Positions 34,838 through 50,505 of a stretch of DNA of 64,000 bases are shown here, one piece after another. The notes under the pieces are model-generated. The model did not search any database. It saw only the letters and a program-made list of their open reading frames with translations, and was not told the origin of the DNA. The position numbers and the translations under genes are program-made. The stretch spans positions 73,284,001 through 73,348,000 of the forward strand of contig OX597814.1 of the NCBI GenBank assembly GCA_951406725.2. Direction: 5' to 3'. The DNA is from Octopus vulgaris. Taxonomy: Eukaryota. Positions within the stretch are counted from its first letter, which is position 1. Each line of letters begins with the position of its first letter.

Positions 34838-34879
34838 GCTACAGACGCGTTTCGGGGTATTGCCCCTTGTCAATGTAGC
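34838..34879 (-). ncRNA. Minimal hammerhead ribozyme (U3-A8), intact
   Basis: GCTACA TTGACAA GGGG CAATA CCCC GAAA CGCG TC TGTAGC. Confidence 0.88.
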
Positions 34880-35265
34880 GCAGTCAGACCCGCAGGTGTC
34901 GCCACTGACGTCTCTGTTCGAAGGTTTCTATTTACCTAGTTTCAGTGGAATACATCCACTTGTTTTCAATAATAGAAATATTAAAATTACTAAGTCTCTA
35001 TAAAAGAGATTACGGCAGCGTTTACTGGAAATTAATTGTTATCGCCATATTAATATGGCATTCTTATAGATATAAGAATAATCGCTGCCGCTGGTCAGCT
35101 CCATGAGGCCACCGCCATCAAGATAGCTATTGATACACGATCTGTATCCATTATAACCTTCGAACAAGGGAGGTCAGCCGCTTCACACTGCCAGTCCGAC
35201 AGCTACAGGGTAAATAGAAACCTTCGAATAGAGACGTCAGTGGCGACACCTGCGGGTCTGACTGC

Positions 35266-35307
35266 GCTACATTGACAGGGGGCAATACCCCGAAACGCGT
35301 CTGTAGC
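35266..35307 (+). ncRNA. Minimal hammerhead ribozyme (A9G variant copy)
   Basis: GCTACA TTGACAG GGGG CAATA CCCC GAAA CGCG TC TGTAGC. Confidence 0.8.
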
Positions 35308-35534
35308 TGTCGGACTGGCAGTGTGAAGCGGCTGACCTCCCTTGTTCGAAGGTTATAATGGATACAGATCGTGTATCAATAGCTATCTTGATGGCGGTGG
35401 CCTCATGGAGCTGACCAGCGGCAGCGATTATTCTTATATCTATAAGAATGCCATATTAATATGGCGATAACAATTAATTTCCAGTAAACGCTGCCGTAAT
35501 CTCTTTTATAGAGACTTAGTAATTTTAATATTTC

Positions 35535-35615
<81 letters not shown>

Positions 35616-36074
35616 TAGAAGGTTAAAAAGGAACACGAGTTGATATGTATATCTGCCGTTGATGAGACGTCTGTCCGTCAAGTTGAGGCTGCCATTTTGG
35701 AAGGTCAACGCATAACTATTCGCCAAATAACCCATAAGGTCAAGATTAGTACCGGGTCTGTCTGTTTCTTTTTTACTCTTGCGAGGGCTTGGTAGCAGGT
35801 AGCAGGTAGTAGCAGTCCTAATTTTTGATATGAGTAAAAAAGAGATAGACAGACAAACAGAAAAAAGGAAAATATCCCTTGCATTTGAAAACTTTGGAAA
35901 TATTTTAAAAAATCATTTCATTTAATTTTTCCACAATTTTATTGTTTTTCATGCTTTGCTCTAAGTTGAAAAATTCGCAAAGACCGGTACTAAAATGTTC
36001 TTCACGATAAAATTATTTTAGCATTTACACACACACGCACATACACACACATACTCGTATAATGTAACCGCACG

Positions 36075-36240
36075 AGAACTGTTGGCGATTTTTCCCTATT
36101 TTTCTTTGTTTTTCTTTGGACTTCCCTCTTTCCAACGAAGAGCTATACTCGAAACGTTAACAACCCTCTTCTTTCACCGAGCGTCAATTGATATATTACT
36201 TGCGTACGTCCTCACGTTTGTTTTTCTGTTTTTTTTTTTT
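36075..36240 (+). mobile_element. Decayed pLTR-like fragment with hammerhead remnant
   Basis: CCAACGAA GAGC TATA CTC GAAACGTTA; downstream sequence resembles the reverse complement of 61745-61850 and 29710-29780. Confidence 0.5.
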
Positions 36241-36263
36241 GCTTTTTTCGTTCTTTGAATTGA

Positions 36264-36329
<66 letters not shown>

Positions 36330-39300
36330 CGAGAGAGAGAGAGAGAGGGAGGGAGGAGATACATACACAAATGTACTAATACATGTACAAATGTGTATAC
36401 ACACATACGCATATGTATGTATATATAAAGTGTTCGTACACACACACACGTGTAATATATAGGTGCGTTTATGTGTTCGAGTAGAGAAATGTCCTCCATG
36501 CAGAAATATCTCACAAAACCTCTATTCTACCTTAACCTACCCAGCTACCCAGCTACCCACCGTATCCTCCACAACTATCAATCAATAATAAATACCTGAA
36601 TTATAACTAAACAGGAATTGCGTGGGTGTTAATGACGTCAAGGACAAGTAAACCAACGAATAAATTAATAAATGAATGATAATTATAATTATCAGCTTTA
36701 AAGTCATCAGAGATCAAGCTTAATTGCTGATACTGTAAGACATGTCCAAGTGTGTGTGACTGCATAGAAATTAGAGTTTCTGTTAATGTATTTATTTATT
36801 TATTCGCTGTCTTATCTTTCCTTTCCTTAATTAGTACCCACATATTTTCTTTGTAATTATCATTTATGTACTTTTTTTGATTGGTTATTAATTATTTCTG
36901 GGACTTGATACATTCAGGAATCCTGACAACTAGACCAGGTGGGTAAGATTGGGAGAGAGAACTTCTCTTCAGGTGGTGATGTGCATCCAGATAATGGATA
37001 GGCTCTAGATATTGGGGTTAGTGGCGAATATGGAAATATGTTCTTGACTAAACATAGCCTATCTTTTGACAAATATAGCACATGACAACAACCTGGTCTA
37101 GGATTATAGATTAAGCCATGTAAAGCGGCATGAGGGATGTGTAGTTTCGGGAAAAAAAGTTTCCCATCAACCAACGGTGACATTCAAGCGATGTTGTTCA
37201 GAAGAATCTTTGTGAGGTTAATGGCCTTGATCCATATGTTCCAATTCAGCCCAGAAAATGTCTGTAGACCTGTTCACCATAAACCTTATTAGCCAACAAA
37301 AGATTTCAACAAAAACTGATATAATCTCACATTGGCCATCCTGTGAATAACTCACGAGTGTGTTCTGCTGTTGTACTGGCTAAAGTACAGCTTTCAAACA
37401 ATCAGCTACTGAATTAAACAGAAATTCTCCTTATTAAAATGCGAACGTACACTCATAGTTTCAACTATTTTGAGTAGCATTGGCAACAGCTTGTTGCCTA
37501 ATGTAGTCTAATCTCTCTTTTTCAACAAGTCTCAAAACACCATGTCCGTATTACGCACTCGCAAAAAGGTCAAGGTAACAACCACAAATTCACCTTTCAC
37601 CATTCAACCAATTAAAATGGCCAGTCACACTAGATTTTATCATCGAAAATAACCCAAATAACAAATTTTAAGAGGTTCCACCGAACTATGGGCATATCTA
37701 TTCAAATAGTATCATGACCAAACCCGAGTTCGTGTTCGTAAAGGAGTATAAAAAAAAATAAACGAAGAAATATATAACCCAGTGCAGATAAATGAAACTG
37801 CAATAAATTAAAATAGCCGTCTGTGCATCATATTTAACGTATGTACGCCTTTATGTGTATGACACTGTCTGCCTTCTTGTCTGTCCCTTCATAAAAGTGT
37901 TAAAAATCACAATATATATTGGAGCGAGGTGAACATCATTCTAGCAGTGACTTACAAGAACGTCAAATGCATTTTGACCTCACTGGGCATTGTCAAAGAC
38001 TTGTACATAGTCATCACATGCTGCTTAAGTTACATACACCGAGTTTTACTCAACCCAGCAAACTTTTCAATAATATCAGTGGATGTATTATTCCCTGTTC
38101 TCTGTGTGTCGGAGGAGAGAAAAATGGTTTAGGCACGTGATGACTTAGCACATATCATTGACAGGGTAAAAAAAGGCCGAAACGTGCTTGTCATTCTCGT
38201 GAGTTGCGAGGTGATGTTCACCTGACACAGATATACATCATGTTTTTAGCACATGTCTACGAAAATATTTTCTTTCACAAAAACCACCTTTTAAGGTGTA
38301 TATACATTAAATATGATACACACATGGTTATTTTAAGTCGGTGTTCTGAACATTATATACTATATACCGGAATTCGACGAAGCTTACTAGAAGAAAAAAA
38401 TCACCAAGTTCTTTCATATGACTCTTCTACTTTTAACAATAAAGAAATTTGTGAAGAATACACCATTTTGGTCAAACACAGATTCAAGGCAATGTAAACA
38501 AAAACTGAAACCAAGTCTCTAGTTGTAACATATTACAATTTTACCACTTTTTATCAACAAACAGCAGGAGACTGAAATCAAGCATCAAATCCTATGGGAA
38601 ACAATAACTGAGAATCAGTTAAAGTGTGTTACCCAAAATAGTTCATCCCACAAAATAGTTCAACAAGATTTTACCCTTACGGAATCGACCAACAGAAATA
38701 GGTTTGTTTGTGCACGCAGCAGTAAGCAGCAAACAGTCGTGCCTTGGTATAACAATTTGAAAATGTAATTAGTGGCAAAGAAAGCATGAAAAGTTGAAAC
38801 TGAAAGCCACAAGCCGACAAGAGGGACTGAAAGAAACTGAAAGAAACTGAAAGAATATTTTCAAAAGTTTCTTGGTCATATCACAGCAGTTTTAGATAGA
38901 CCCATAAAAACTGTTGTTAGACATGATCTCGACCTCAAACTTGGTGTTCATTCACATTAGTTAAATTCATTGAAAAGGATCAAATAACAAGAAGGCAGCT
39001 GTCCTTAATACCATACCACCAGAAATCTGTCTTGAATACAGAAGCAACCCTTCTATTTTGTAATGCAATATGCAACCAGAACCAATTGAGAAGTGGGCCG
39101 AAGGATATAATCTTCCATTCCACACACACACACATTCACTCATTGATATTTTTGCATCCACCAATTATTCAAAAGTAGATTTTGAAATTTACTCACACCT
39201 TTGGTCTTTCATAATTTGAATAAATGCTGGCCGTTGATTCTTGTTGTCTCATGTTATACCCTTTAAAGAAATATATGTTAATACCATGTGCAAGACTATT

Positions 39301-40132
39301 GTGATGGATGAATCTGCTGTTGATCTAAGCTAGATTACATGTCTGATTTTAGAGACGATTTAATTATTTCTTTCCAGTGTTTTCCTATTTAGAATTTAAA
39401 TAATTCAGGAAAATAATATATTAAAACCCATTTCTGAGCTGCATTTTCAAACCTTTCCTAGTTTTGTACAGTTTTTTCTTGTGTCATATATACATTTCTA
39501 TTTTGCATAGCGATCGATAATACATTAATCATTCATTATGGTTTTAGTTATGTAGATTTAGTTTAAAATATTGAATGCGTGATACTTTTGGTGTTAGGCT
39601 CACGTGAAAGAGAGCAACTAATTTTCCAGTTTTTATATAACTGTATCTAATTTGACGGTAAATGTGGCGAAATGTATATTTTGTTTAAAATATCCATCTG
39701 ACATAACCTAATTTTCTAGCAAAGAGACTCATTTATTTTTTGTTACAAACTATATGTCTCTTGTCTTGTTTATTTGGACTGGACAGGAGGGTGATACCTC
39801 TCTTCTGATAGTTTAAATCACCATCCAGCTCGGAGGAACAATTAAGTGCAATCCACATGTATAAATAAACAAAACAAGATTATTATAACTCAAACAAATA
39901 CATATTTTGTTAAGAAAACTAAAATAAACGCACAAAAAATCAGACACGGAGTATTTTTAAACCAAGCATTTCACTAAACCTAACGATAAATTAGATGTTT
40001 ATATAAAAAAAACTAAACATAAAACCAAACAAAAAAAGCGATGCACTTCCTTTCCCGTAAACACTAACAGCAAAAGTAACACGCATAATATATACTTTCA
40101 ACAAAACTACCAACACATTCTTGAATAAAATG

Positions 40133-40205
<73 letters not shown>

Positions 40206-40382
40206 CACACACACACAGACACAGACACAGATATATTGATATGGCCTGGAGTTACCTGTTCGTAGGAACGCAATCAAGCCACCTAGAATAGAAATCTTTA
40301 AAGTGGTTGTTTTAAGTGTTAATATATTAAAAAATCATTGAATCTTTGCTGAAACATTGCTTATGATTAAAACACGCACACA

Positions 40383-40439
<57 letters not shown>

Positions 40440-40484
40440 TCATATACACACACAGACATATATATTTGCACATACACATAGTCA

Positions 40485-40540
<56 letters not shown>

Positions 40541-41046
40541 CATATATGCTCATCTGTAGAAATGTATTCAATCTTCCATTTTTATTTCGATGGGAATTGA
40601 ATTTTAGCCGGACTGTATTAACTGTGAATTAGTCACCCGGGAAACTGCATACACAACAAAGCATTTATTTTAGAATTTATCTTCACACACACACACGCAC
40701 ATACACACACACACAGAGTAATTCTTGTGTACGACTGCCAATGGTGAATTCGAGCTCCACAAAGAGTATCATCATTCAATATACGTTAATGAATCGAGTG
40801 TGTTATGAAGTTGTTCTCCAATGATGAAGCACCACTGCATATTAACGTTCGAACCTGACGAAGCGTATTAAGAATAAATATGCTAGTCGTCGTCGGTATC
40901 TCTCTCTCTCTCAATGTATGTGTATATATAATATATATGCATGCACAAACGCACATACACATACACATCTATGTATGTATATGTATATTTGTATGTATGT
41001 ATGTATGTATGAATGTATGTATATATATATATGTATATATATATAT

Positions 41047-41137
<91 letters not shown>

Positions 41138-42479
41138 GAGTTCGCTCTTACTTTTTGCACGATTTTATCGTATACGTCATAAGTATATAAAGCCTGTAAT
41201 GTGTGTGTAAGGGTTATTACATCCACGAACATTCTACAAAATAAAGTAAAGCGCAATACGTTTGTTGGAATAAATGTTTAGTACATAGAATTATAGTTTA
41301 TAGTTCAACTATAAGTTTCATATCCGCGTCCTTTGATAATCCTCGCATGAGGCTGGTAAAACATATTCTTCCCTCGGTGTTTCGATGAAGCACGCTGATA
41401 ACACCGCATGCGTTCAATCTGACGTTTTTGAAACGGCATGAATATCAAACTCTCAGTAACAGAAAGTTGTAAGTTAGAATCTATTGAAATGGAATATAAC
41501 GTCTATTTTGTGTACATGTATGGATGTAATATACACCTATATTCAACATATTCATTCTACAACAACCCAATTTCATGTTTGTTTATTATTATTACAAAGA
41601 ATTTCTCATCTGCCAGAGGCTGATATGTTTATTTCATATGAATTGTATATTTAGATCAAACTGTTTAATGTACAAACATCCACCTACGACTTAAATATGA
41701 TTTTATCAAATAGCTGACAGTTTTACTGAAATCTGAATAAACATACATACATACAAACATACATACATACATACATACATACATACATACATACATACAT
41801 ACATACATACATACACAAATGTGAACACATCAACAGGAGCACATACAAACGCATCCATATACAGCCGTACTTCCGTTAATATGTCTATACAGATATCTAT
41901 ACACCCACACACAATTACACGTACGCGCACACACATACACACACAAACACACACAAACACACACATACATGCACATACATACATACATACATACATACAT
42001 ACATACATACATACTTATTCATACATAAATATATATATACATATATATGAACATACATGTTGTACATAAAATTTATGTACATACACCTACATGCATTTTA
42101 CACTAATATAATTTATTTAGACATATACTCTCAGTTTTTAATATAAATATATAATAACCAAAGAACATATTGGCATTAATTGTTAAAATTCTTTTGTGTG
42201 TATGAAAAGTGGGTATTTGTTCTCAGCATGATAGAAACAGGAAGCGGAAGTTTGTAGCAAGAGAGACAACCGAGATTAGATATGGTATCCTGAAGGAAAT
42301 GTAATGGCTGACGTAGTCATAAATCAGTGATTACTTGATTGCCCTATGTATTTTTCTTCTCACACTGCAGTTTGTATGTATGTATGTATGTATGTATGTA
42401 TGTATGTATGTATGTATGTATGTATGTGTGAATATATGTATGTATGTACGTATGTATGTGTGTATGTATTTTTTTTCTA

Positions 42480-44310
42480 TCGTCCTTATGGTAACGGATG
42501 ATAGTCTATTCAAAAGTGGGAAAAATGTTCTACCCAACGCTTATGAATAGAAGCGGTGTCAGTCAGAAGAAAATGTCCATTTGTTGTTCTCACTGGAGCT
42601 ATTGAAGAAGATTTTGGGTCATATACCTCCTTAACACAAAAGTACAAACCCTTGGCTTCATTTCTATCAGCTGCTTCTTGTGCCCCTTTTGCTCTATCAT
42701 TCCACCGTTCCTGTTTAATTTTCCTTAGAGCAGTCTGCACTTTTCAGCTTTCTGTAGGCTTTGTTTGAGTTGGGGTTCAAGGAGTGAGAAAGAAGTGTAT
42801 TGCCTAAGTTGTTTTTCTAAAAGTAGATTATGAATTTCTGCTGATCTTTCTTAGAACCAGTCACTGGATTTATGAGATTTAAATCCCACTGACGAACTTG
42901 CAGCCTGAAATACTTTTGTTTTGAAATCTTCCCATAGATTGTTTGGGCCAAGACCGATCCTTTCTATAGCATCGTAGAATCTTTGCAAGTTGCTAGATAA
43001 TTTAAAGTTTGCAACATTTAACATTTTGGGTACCTTAGGACCATACTGTCGATTTTTAGGCATTATCGAAAAAACTATTTTTGCATGCACTAGATGATGG
43101 TCAGTTCAACTCTCTGCCCATCTCATGGCCCGAACACTAGAAACGTCTTTTATATCTCGTCTTCTGATCAGAATATAATCTATCAGATGCCAGTGCTTAG
43201 ATCTTGGGTGCATCAAGGTGGTTTTATATGTATTTTTCCGCTTAAACAGAGTGTTGGTGACAACCAGATTATTCTCAGTACAAAACGTGAAAAGAGCTAC
43301 TTCATTTTTATTGCATTTTCCAATCCCATGTCAACCTAAAACAGGCAATGAAACATAGTCCTTTCCAACTCTTTCACTAAAATCTCCCAATATTACTAGC
43401 TTGTCAGAAATTGGTACTTTTCTCAATAATTGTGCTAGATCATCATAAAACTGTCCTACAGTTTCATCAGAATGGGACATTGTTGGTGCATAAATACTGA
43501 CAATGGTAAGAAACCTACCTTTTGTCAGTTTAATATGGCATGACATGATCCGCTCAGATATACCACTTGGAAGCTCTGCAATGGAGGATACTAATGTATT
43601 CTTGGGAGCAAACCCAACACCAGATTCTCTACACTGACCCTTAGGTAGGCCTCTCCAAAAGATACTATATCATAAGTAGGTTCATTTATTTGACCCTCAC
43701 CAGAGAGATGAGTTTCAGAGAGCGCAAATAGTTGCACTCTCAAAGGAATATTTCTTAAGCTTAGATGCAACAAGTGCAGTATGCCTTTCTGGCCTCTTGT
43801 TGAAATTATCATCAAGAAGTGTGCGCACATTCCAACAACCAAAATTCAAAGGATGTTTATTTTACTTTTTCTTGAAGATTGTTTGACCATAGTGGCAGGA
43901 GGACGACCGGGTTCAGCCGGTGATACACTGGGACACCTGCCGAGCCAGACCTGTTCCCCTAACGTTCCCAAGCCTTTTTTTGCCATTTACTGAATATGTT
44001 TGAGACATTTTAGAGTAAGTTACAAGTGCATTTTTAGGTTTCTGCCAACCAATTCAATGCTTTTACCAAGATTTCGAGTACAGGAAGTACCTGTATAGAT
44101 GAATAATTTTCAGTCGGTGTAGCTTGCACTGCACTATTGGCCCAAGAAGACTTTCGCCGGTGTGACATGGGAATTGACAAAACCAGGTACTTTCAAGGCC
44201 TCAGGTTTTATTTCAGAGATTTCCTTCTTCTAAGTAGATAACCAACCAAGGTTAAAGAGCTTCTACCTGCCCATGAGGTAAGCTATTCCATTCCAGACAC
44301 CAAACCGACA
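42480..44310 (-). mobile_element. 5' half of an RTE LINE (5' UTR and APE endonuclease)
   Basis: ALSETHLSGEGQ, TIVSIYAPTMSH..FYDDL, LVILGDF, HPRSKHWHLID-like, RWVEHF. Confidence 0.85.
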
Positions 44311-44465
44311 CTCAAACACTCTATAAAGTGATAAAATATCACTCTGGTGATCGACGTGGAGTAGCTCATTCATAAAAAAAAATGTACGATATGTGATTTG
44401 CAAATGTAAATAAGAATTATATATATATGTATCAAAAAGTAAAATATATGCAATAAATATAAATA

Positions 44466-44688
44466 TACTCTTTTACTCTTTTACTTGTTTCAGTCATTTG
44501 ACAGTGGCCATGCTGGAGCACCGCCTTTAGTCGAGGAAATCGACCCCAGGACTTATTCTTTGTAAGCCTAGTACTTATTCTATCGGTCTCTTTTGCCGAA
44601 CCGCTAAGTTACGGGGACATAAACACACCAGCATCGGTTGTCAAGCGATGTTGGGGGAACAAACACAACACACACACACACACATACA

Positions 44689-44746
<58 letters not shown>

Positions 44747-44912
44747 CATATATACGACGAGCTTCTTTCAGTTTCCGTCTACCAAATCCACTCACAAGGC
44801 TTTGGTCGGCCCGAGGCTAAAGTAGAAGACACTTGCCCAAGGTACCACGCAGTGGAACTGAACCCGGAACCATGTGGTTCGTAAGCAAGCTACTTACCAC
44901 ACAGCCACTCCT
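44466..44912 (-). mobile_element. SINE family B nested in or next to older repeats
   Basis: Full head-to-tail match to family B. Confidence 0.88.
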
Positions 44913-46388
44913 ACGCTTATGTATATAAAAGTAAAAATATACATACATATATATATATACATATAAAAAAGGTACGATGTGTGAATAAGAATTACATATA
45001 AATAATATTGTATAAAGAAAGGGTAAAATTAAAAGATATAAAATAATATATAAGTATATATATGTATAAACTAGCAGAGATACCCGGCGTTGCCCGGTTA
45101 CATTCAAGTGAAGAATTAAACTTCTCTGTTATATTTTCTATAATGAACTGGAATATCTATGTTTCAAATTTCATCAAAATTGCAGATGAGGGTTATTTCC
45201 CTCTTTACACACCCTAAAAAAATTGTAATCGTGCCACATGTATCCCATACTACTAATTTTTATGCGCATATTCCAAAATTCCAGTCTTATTGAACCTGTT
45301 AAAAAGATTTTGCTCCTGAAAAATGAATGTCATGGAGCTCTAAAATGTGAGAGTTAAGGCCCCTGTTGGGGGTGGGCATCTTAATGTCAACCAGAGAAGT
45401 TGAATTGTTGAGAATCTTTTTAACTTGGGGCTTATATCTATTGTTTGAATTTCTTTGAAATAGGAAATATATGTTCACGGGGTTTGTAAAAGAGAGCAAA
45501 GCTACAGGAGACCAAAAGACGAATGGTCACAATAAGCAGTCAGTTACCCTACCATAGTCGTTACCACTCCCAATGTAGGATTCCTCACCATCCAGGTGAC
45601 AGGCACAGCCGTAAGATGCATTACGAATTTATAGAAATTGGAAGGGCGTGACCCAACTGAAATCAACATTAACAACTGTGTGACGTGAGGGCTAAGGAGA
45701 AATGAAAGTGTCACCACTGGAGTTTGCAAATGACCACTATACTGATACGTAACTGGACAGAATAAATTTACAATCTATAAATGTCTTTGAATAACCAGTC
45801 ACTCATCTGGGAAGGGCTTGAAATCAATGTTACCATCTGGAGACTATGTGTGACCCAGTGATAATAAAAAAGACTGAAAGGAGGTCTGCAATCAAATAAC
45901 TTTATTCAATACTTTGCAACTGAATTAGTGGAGGCAAAGATACCTCTCATTTACTTGACAATTTATGCACCACATTGCAGAAATGACAATGTAAGTGTAT
46001 GTCAAAGCAAACTGTTACACTGTTGTACCATTGAATTGGAAATAATGCTCAACTTTTATGCTCGGGTAACCCTACAGCTTCCAAGAGCACAACTGTATTC
46101 GTTTTAGCTTAGATAAAATGACAAAATTGTGGGTGTTAAGTCCCCATGGAGGGGGTCTTTCTAACTTGTAAGAAGATGAAATTTTATAAATATTACTTCA
46201 TTTGTGTCTAATATCTATGGTTAAAATTTCATCAACAGCAAAAATATATGAATTGTCATGGGGGTAATGGCCCTTATGTATAGAATATAATTTCCAAATT
46301 TCATAAAGATCCATTCAGTACTTTTGACCTAGTTTTGGATCATAAAAGAAGTGACTAAAATTTTGGAGTTAAGGCTCCCATATGATGT

Positions 46389-46477
<89 letters not shown>

Positions 46478-46747
46478 AGACAAAGATAAATTGATAGATA
46501 CAAATGAGGGGGCAAATAAAAATATGAGACACAGCCTAGAGCTTTTTTTATGTTGATAAGCCTGGTACTGATTCTATTGGTTTGTTCTTGAGAAACCAGT
46601 AAGTTATGTGGATATAAATAAATGAAGAGCAGTTGTGAAGCAGTGATGAGGGAGAAACATAAAGATACACACATAGACTTACATATATATACATACATAT
46701 ATATACGATTGATTTGTTTCAGTTCCTGTCTACGAAATCCATATATA

Positions 46748-49455
46748 TTGTTGTTGGCATCCTTTTGGTCTCGGGAGACAATGGAATTACACGTAAAATA
46801 ATCTAGTCCGGCTTTTACATTTCATGTCCTAATACATCTGCTGCTGTGGTTGTGTAGTCCTATCCTGGACAAACACTCCCTCTGGCAGGTGCCGCAAATG
46901 TAGCGAAGACTTTGCCTGGCTGGTTGTAATGTCATAGTTTCTTGTTGACGTATTTTCTTGTCTTTCCATTTCTCCTCTCTCTCTATGTCCCTCCTTTGTG
47001 TTCCCTCTTTTACGGTACGTCGCCAATATCCACGGTTGCTGGCAACTGCTTCCCAGTTGGTAATATTGATGTTGCAGGCATTCACGTCCCTTTTGCAAAC
47101 ATCCTTGTATTGTAAGAACGGTCTTCCCACAGACCTAGTGCCTCTAGCAAGCTCTCCGTTGAGTATGTCCTTGGGGATTCTGTCATCTTCCATACGGCTA
47201 ACATGTCCAAGCCATCTCATACGTCTTTGTGTGAGGAGTGCAAACATGCTTGGTATCCCTGCTTGCTTGATGACGTCTTTGTTGGGGACATGATTCTGCT
47301 ATTTGATGCGAAGGATTTTCCGGAGGCAGCGCAGGTGAAAGATATTTAGGCGACGCTCTTGGCGTGTGTATGGCGTCCAAGTCTCACTTCCATACAGTAG
47401 AGTGCTAAGTACACATGTCTGGTAAATCTTCATTTTTGTGGTCTTGGTCAGCTTATTGTTGTCCCATGCCCGTTTGGAGAGTTGGGCTATCACAGCAGCT
47501 GCCTTGCCAATGCGTATATTGAGCTCAGCATCAATGGATAGGTTGTAGGTGACGGTAGAGCCAAGATAGGTAAACTTCTCCACCTCCTGTAGTCTGTGGT
47601 CTCCAATATGTATGTTTGGGATGTCCGATATAGCCTGATCCATGATGTTGGTCTTCTTGAGGCTGATAACTAAGCCAAAGTTGCCACATACTTGCTCAAA
47701 ACAGTTGATGAGCCTTTGTAGGGCTTCTTCTGTGTGTGATACCAGAGCGGCATCGTCAGCAAATAGCATCTCCTTGATCAAGACGCTTCTGATTTTGGTC
47801 TTGGCATGCAGACGCGAGAGATTGAACAGTTTCCCGTCACTTCTACTGTGCAGAAACACTCCATCATCTGATGTCTCAAAGGCATGTGACAGCAGCAGCG
47901 AGAAGATGCCAAATAATGTAGGAGCAAGGACACAACCTTGCTTTACCCCATTTTTTATTTGGAAGGTGGCTGATGTTGAACCATTGTGCTGTATGGTGCC
48001 TTGCATATCATCATGGAAAGATTTGATGATTCTCAGCAGCTTTGGTGGACATCCGATGTTTTGGAGCAGGATGAATAGGTCTTTTCTACTTACCAAGTCA
48101 AAGGCCTTTGTCAGATCAATGAAGGCCATATATAATGGTATTTTCTGTTCTCTGGACTTCTTCTGAAGTTGGCGTATGGAGTTGATCTGCTTCTTCTAAA
48201 GCCACACTGCGATTCTGGATAAATTCGAGAAGCAAGCAGTTGTAGTCTGGACAGGATAACGCAAGCAAAGGCCTTTCCAACAGTGCTTAGAAGAGATAGT
48301 CCACGGTAATTGTTACAATCACCACAGTCACCTTTGTTTTTGTAAAGCGTATTGATGTTAGCATCCCGCATATCCTAAGGGATTGTACCCTCTTCCCAGC
48401 TCTGACACAGAAGCTCATGAAGGTGCCGCAGCAGGATGGTGTTTTTGCCGGTTTTGATGATCTCTAAGGGGATGCCGTCTTTTCCCGGAGCTTTGTTACT
48501 TGCTAGGGAGTCAATAGCCTTGGTGAGCTCTGCTATAGATGGCAGACTGTCAAGTTCGCACATGACTGGCAAGATCTTGACACCCTCGATTGCAGCCTCA
48601 GTTACCGTGGTCTCCCGTGAGGAGAGATCCTGGTAGTACTCCACACATCTATCCATTTGCTTGCTTTGGTCCTTGATGAGATCTCCAGTAGTTGATTTCA
48701 GAGGGCTGACTTGGTTGCGGATGGACCGAGGGTCTTATTCAAACCGGCATACATCCCACGGGTGTCGCCACTGTCAGCAGCTGACTGGATACTCTGACAA
48801 ATTTCTTGCCAATACCTATTTGTATAGCGTCTGGCAGTCAGTTGGGTTTTATTTCTTGCCTTTCTGAGTTCTTCGAGTGACTTTGTAGAAGAATCACTCT
48901 TGTATTGCATCAGAGCTGCACGCTTTGCTTCGATAACTGTTTCCAGCTCTGAGAGCCCAGCACTGAACCAATCTGGGTTTTGCCTTTCTTTCATGCCGAA
49001 GGTATCTGTTGATGTGGTATACAAAGCTTCCCTGATATAATGCCACCTACTTTCAGCAGAGGAGGTTCGGCAGCTACTGAGGGCAACCTTGATAGAAACA
49101 GCAGAACATTGTCGCAGTGTAGGGTCCGAGGTTTTGGCAGCGTTAATGCGTGGTCGGCGGCCCATTTTCTTGAAGTGATGGACTTTTTTAGGCAGAATCC
49201 TCACCCTGCTTCTTATTAGTGAATGATCTGTGTCACAATACGCGCTGTGATAACTACGGGCCAGTTGAACAGAATTCAGAAAGGATATTCGTGTAATGAT
49301 GAGATCTAGCTGATGCCAGTGGTGAGATCTTTGATGTCTCCAAGATGCCTTGTGGGATGTCTTGTTGGCAAAGAATGTGTTAGTGATGCACAGGTTATGG
49401 TATGTGCAAAATTCAAGTAGTCTCTGACCATTGTCATTCATGTTGTCAATACCAA
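46748..49455 (-). mobile_element. 5'-truncated RTE LINE (APE C-term, RT, C-terminal zinc finger)
   Basis: NGQRLLEFC, TDHSL, KAPGKDGIP, NNYRGLSLL, FIDLTKAFD, GVKQGCVLAP, MLFADDAAL, FTYLGS, RWLGHVSRM, CGTC..HNHSSRC. Confidence 0.93.
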
Positions 49456-49529
49456 AACACATACACTTACATATATACATACATACATATATATACGATT
49501 GATTTGTTTCAGTTCCTGTCTACGAAATC

Positions 49530-49579
<50 letters not shown>

Positions 49580-49583
<4 letters not shown>

Positions 49584-49810
49584 GCAGTGATGAGGGAGAA
49601 ACACAAAGACACACACATAGACTTACATATATACATACATATACATACAATTGATTTCTTTCAGTTTCTGTCTACAAAATCCGCTGACAAGGCTTGGGTT
49701 GGTCTCAGGCCATAGCAGAAGACACCTGCTAAGTTACCACACAGTGGGACTGAACTGAGGACCATGTGTTTTGGAACCAAGTTTGTTACCACACAGCTAC
49801 ACCTGCACCT
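49580..49810 (-). mobile_element. Diverged SINE family B head; the remainder lies at ~46530-46745
   Basis: GGTCCTCAGTTCAGTCCCACTG head on minus strand. Confidence 0.7.
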
Positions 49811-49814
49811 ATGT

Positions 49815-50505
<691 letters not shown>

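Larger units (their letters stand above)
34671..35538. mobile_element. Retrozyme/pLTR-like element: 363 bp tandem units plus inverted copy, in (TA)n
   Basis: AATTGTTATCGCC at 34671 and 35034; 35209-35538 is the reverse complement of the unit; very few mismatches between copies. Confidence 0.88.

Noticed and set aside
34671-35538. CRISPR-like array
   Set aside because: Long units without unique spacers, eukaryotic context, no cas genes
36900-39100. Possible host exons or transposase relics
   Set aside because: No recognisable motif or consistent reading frame
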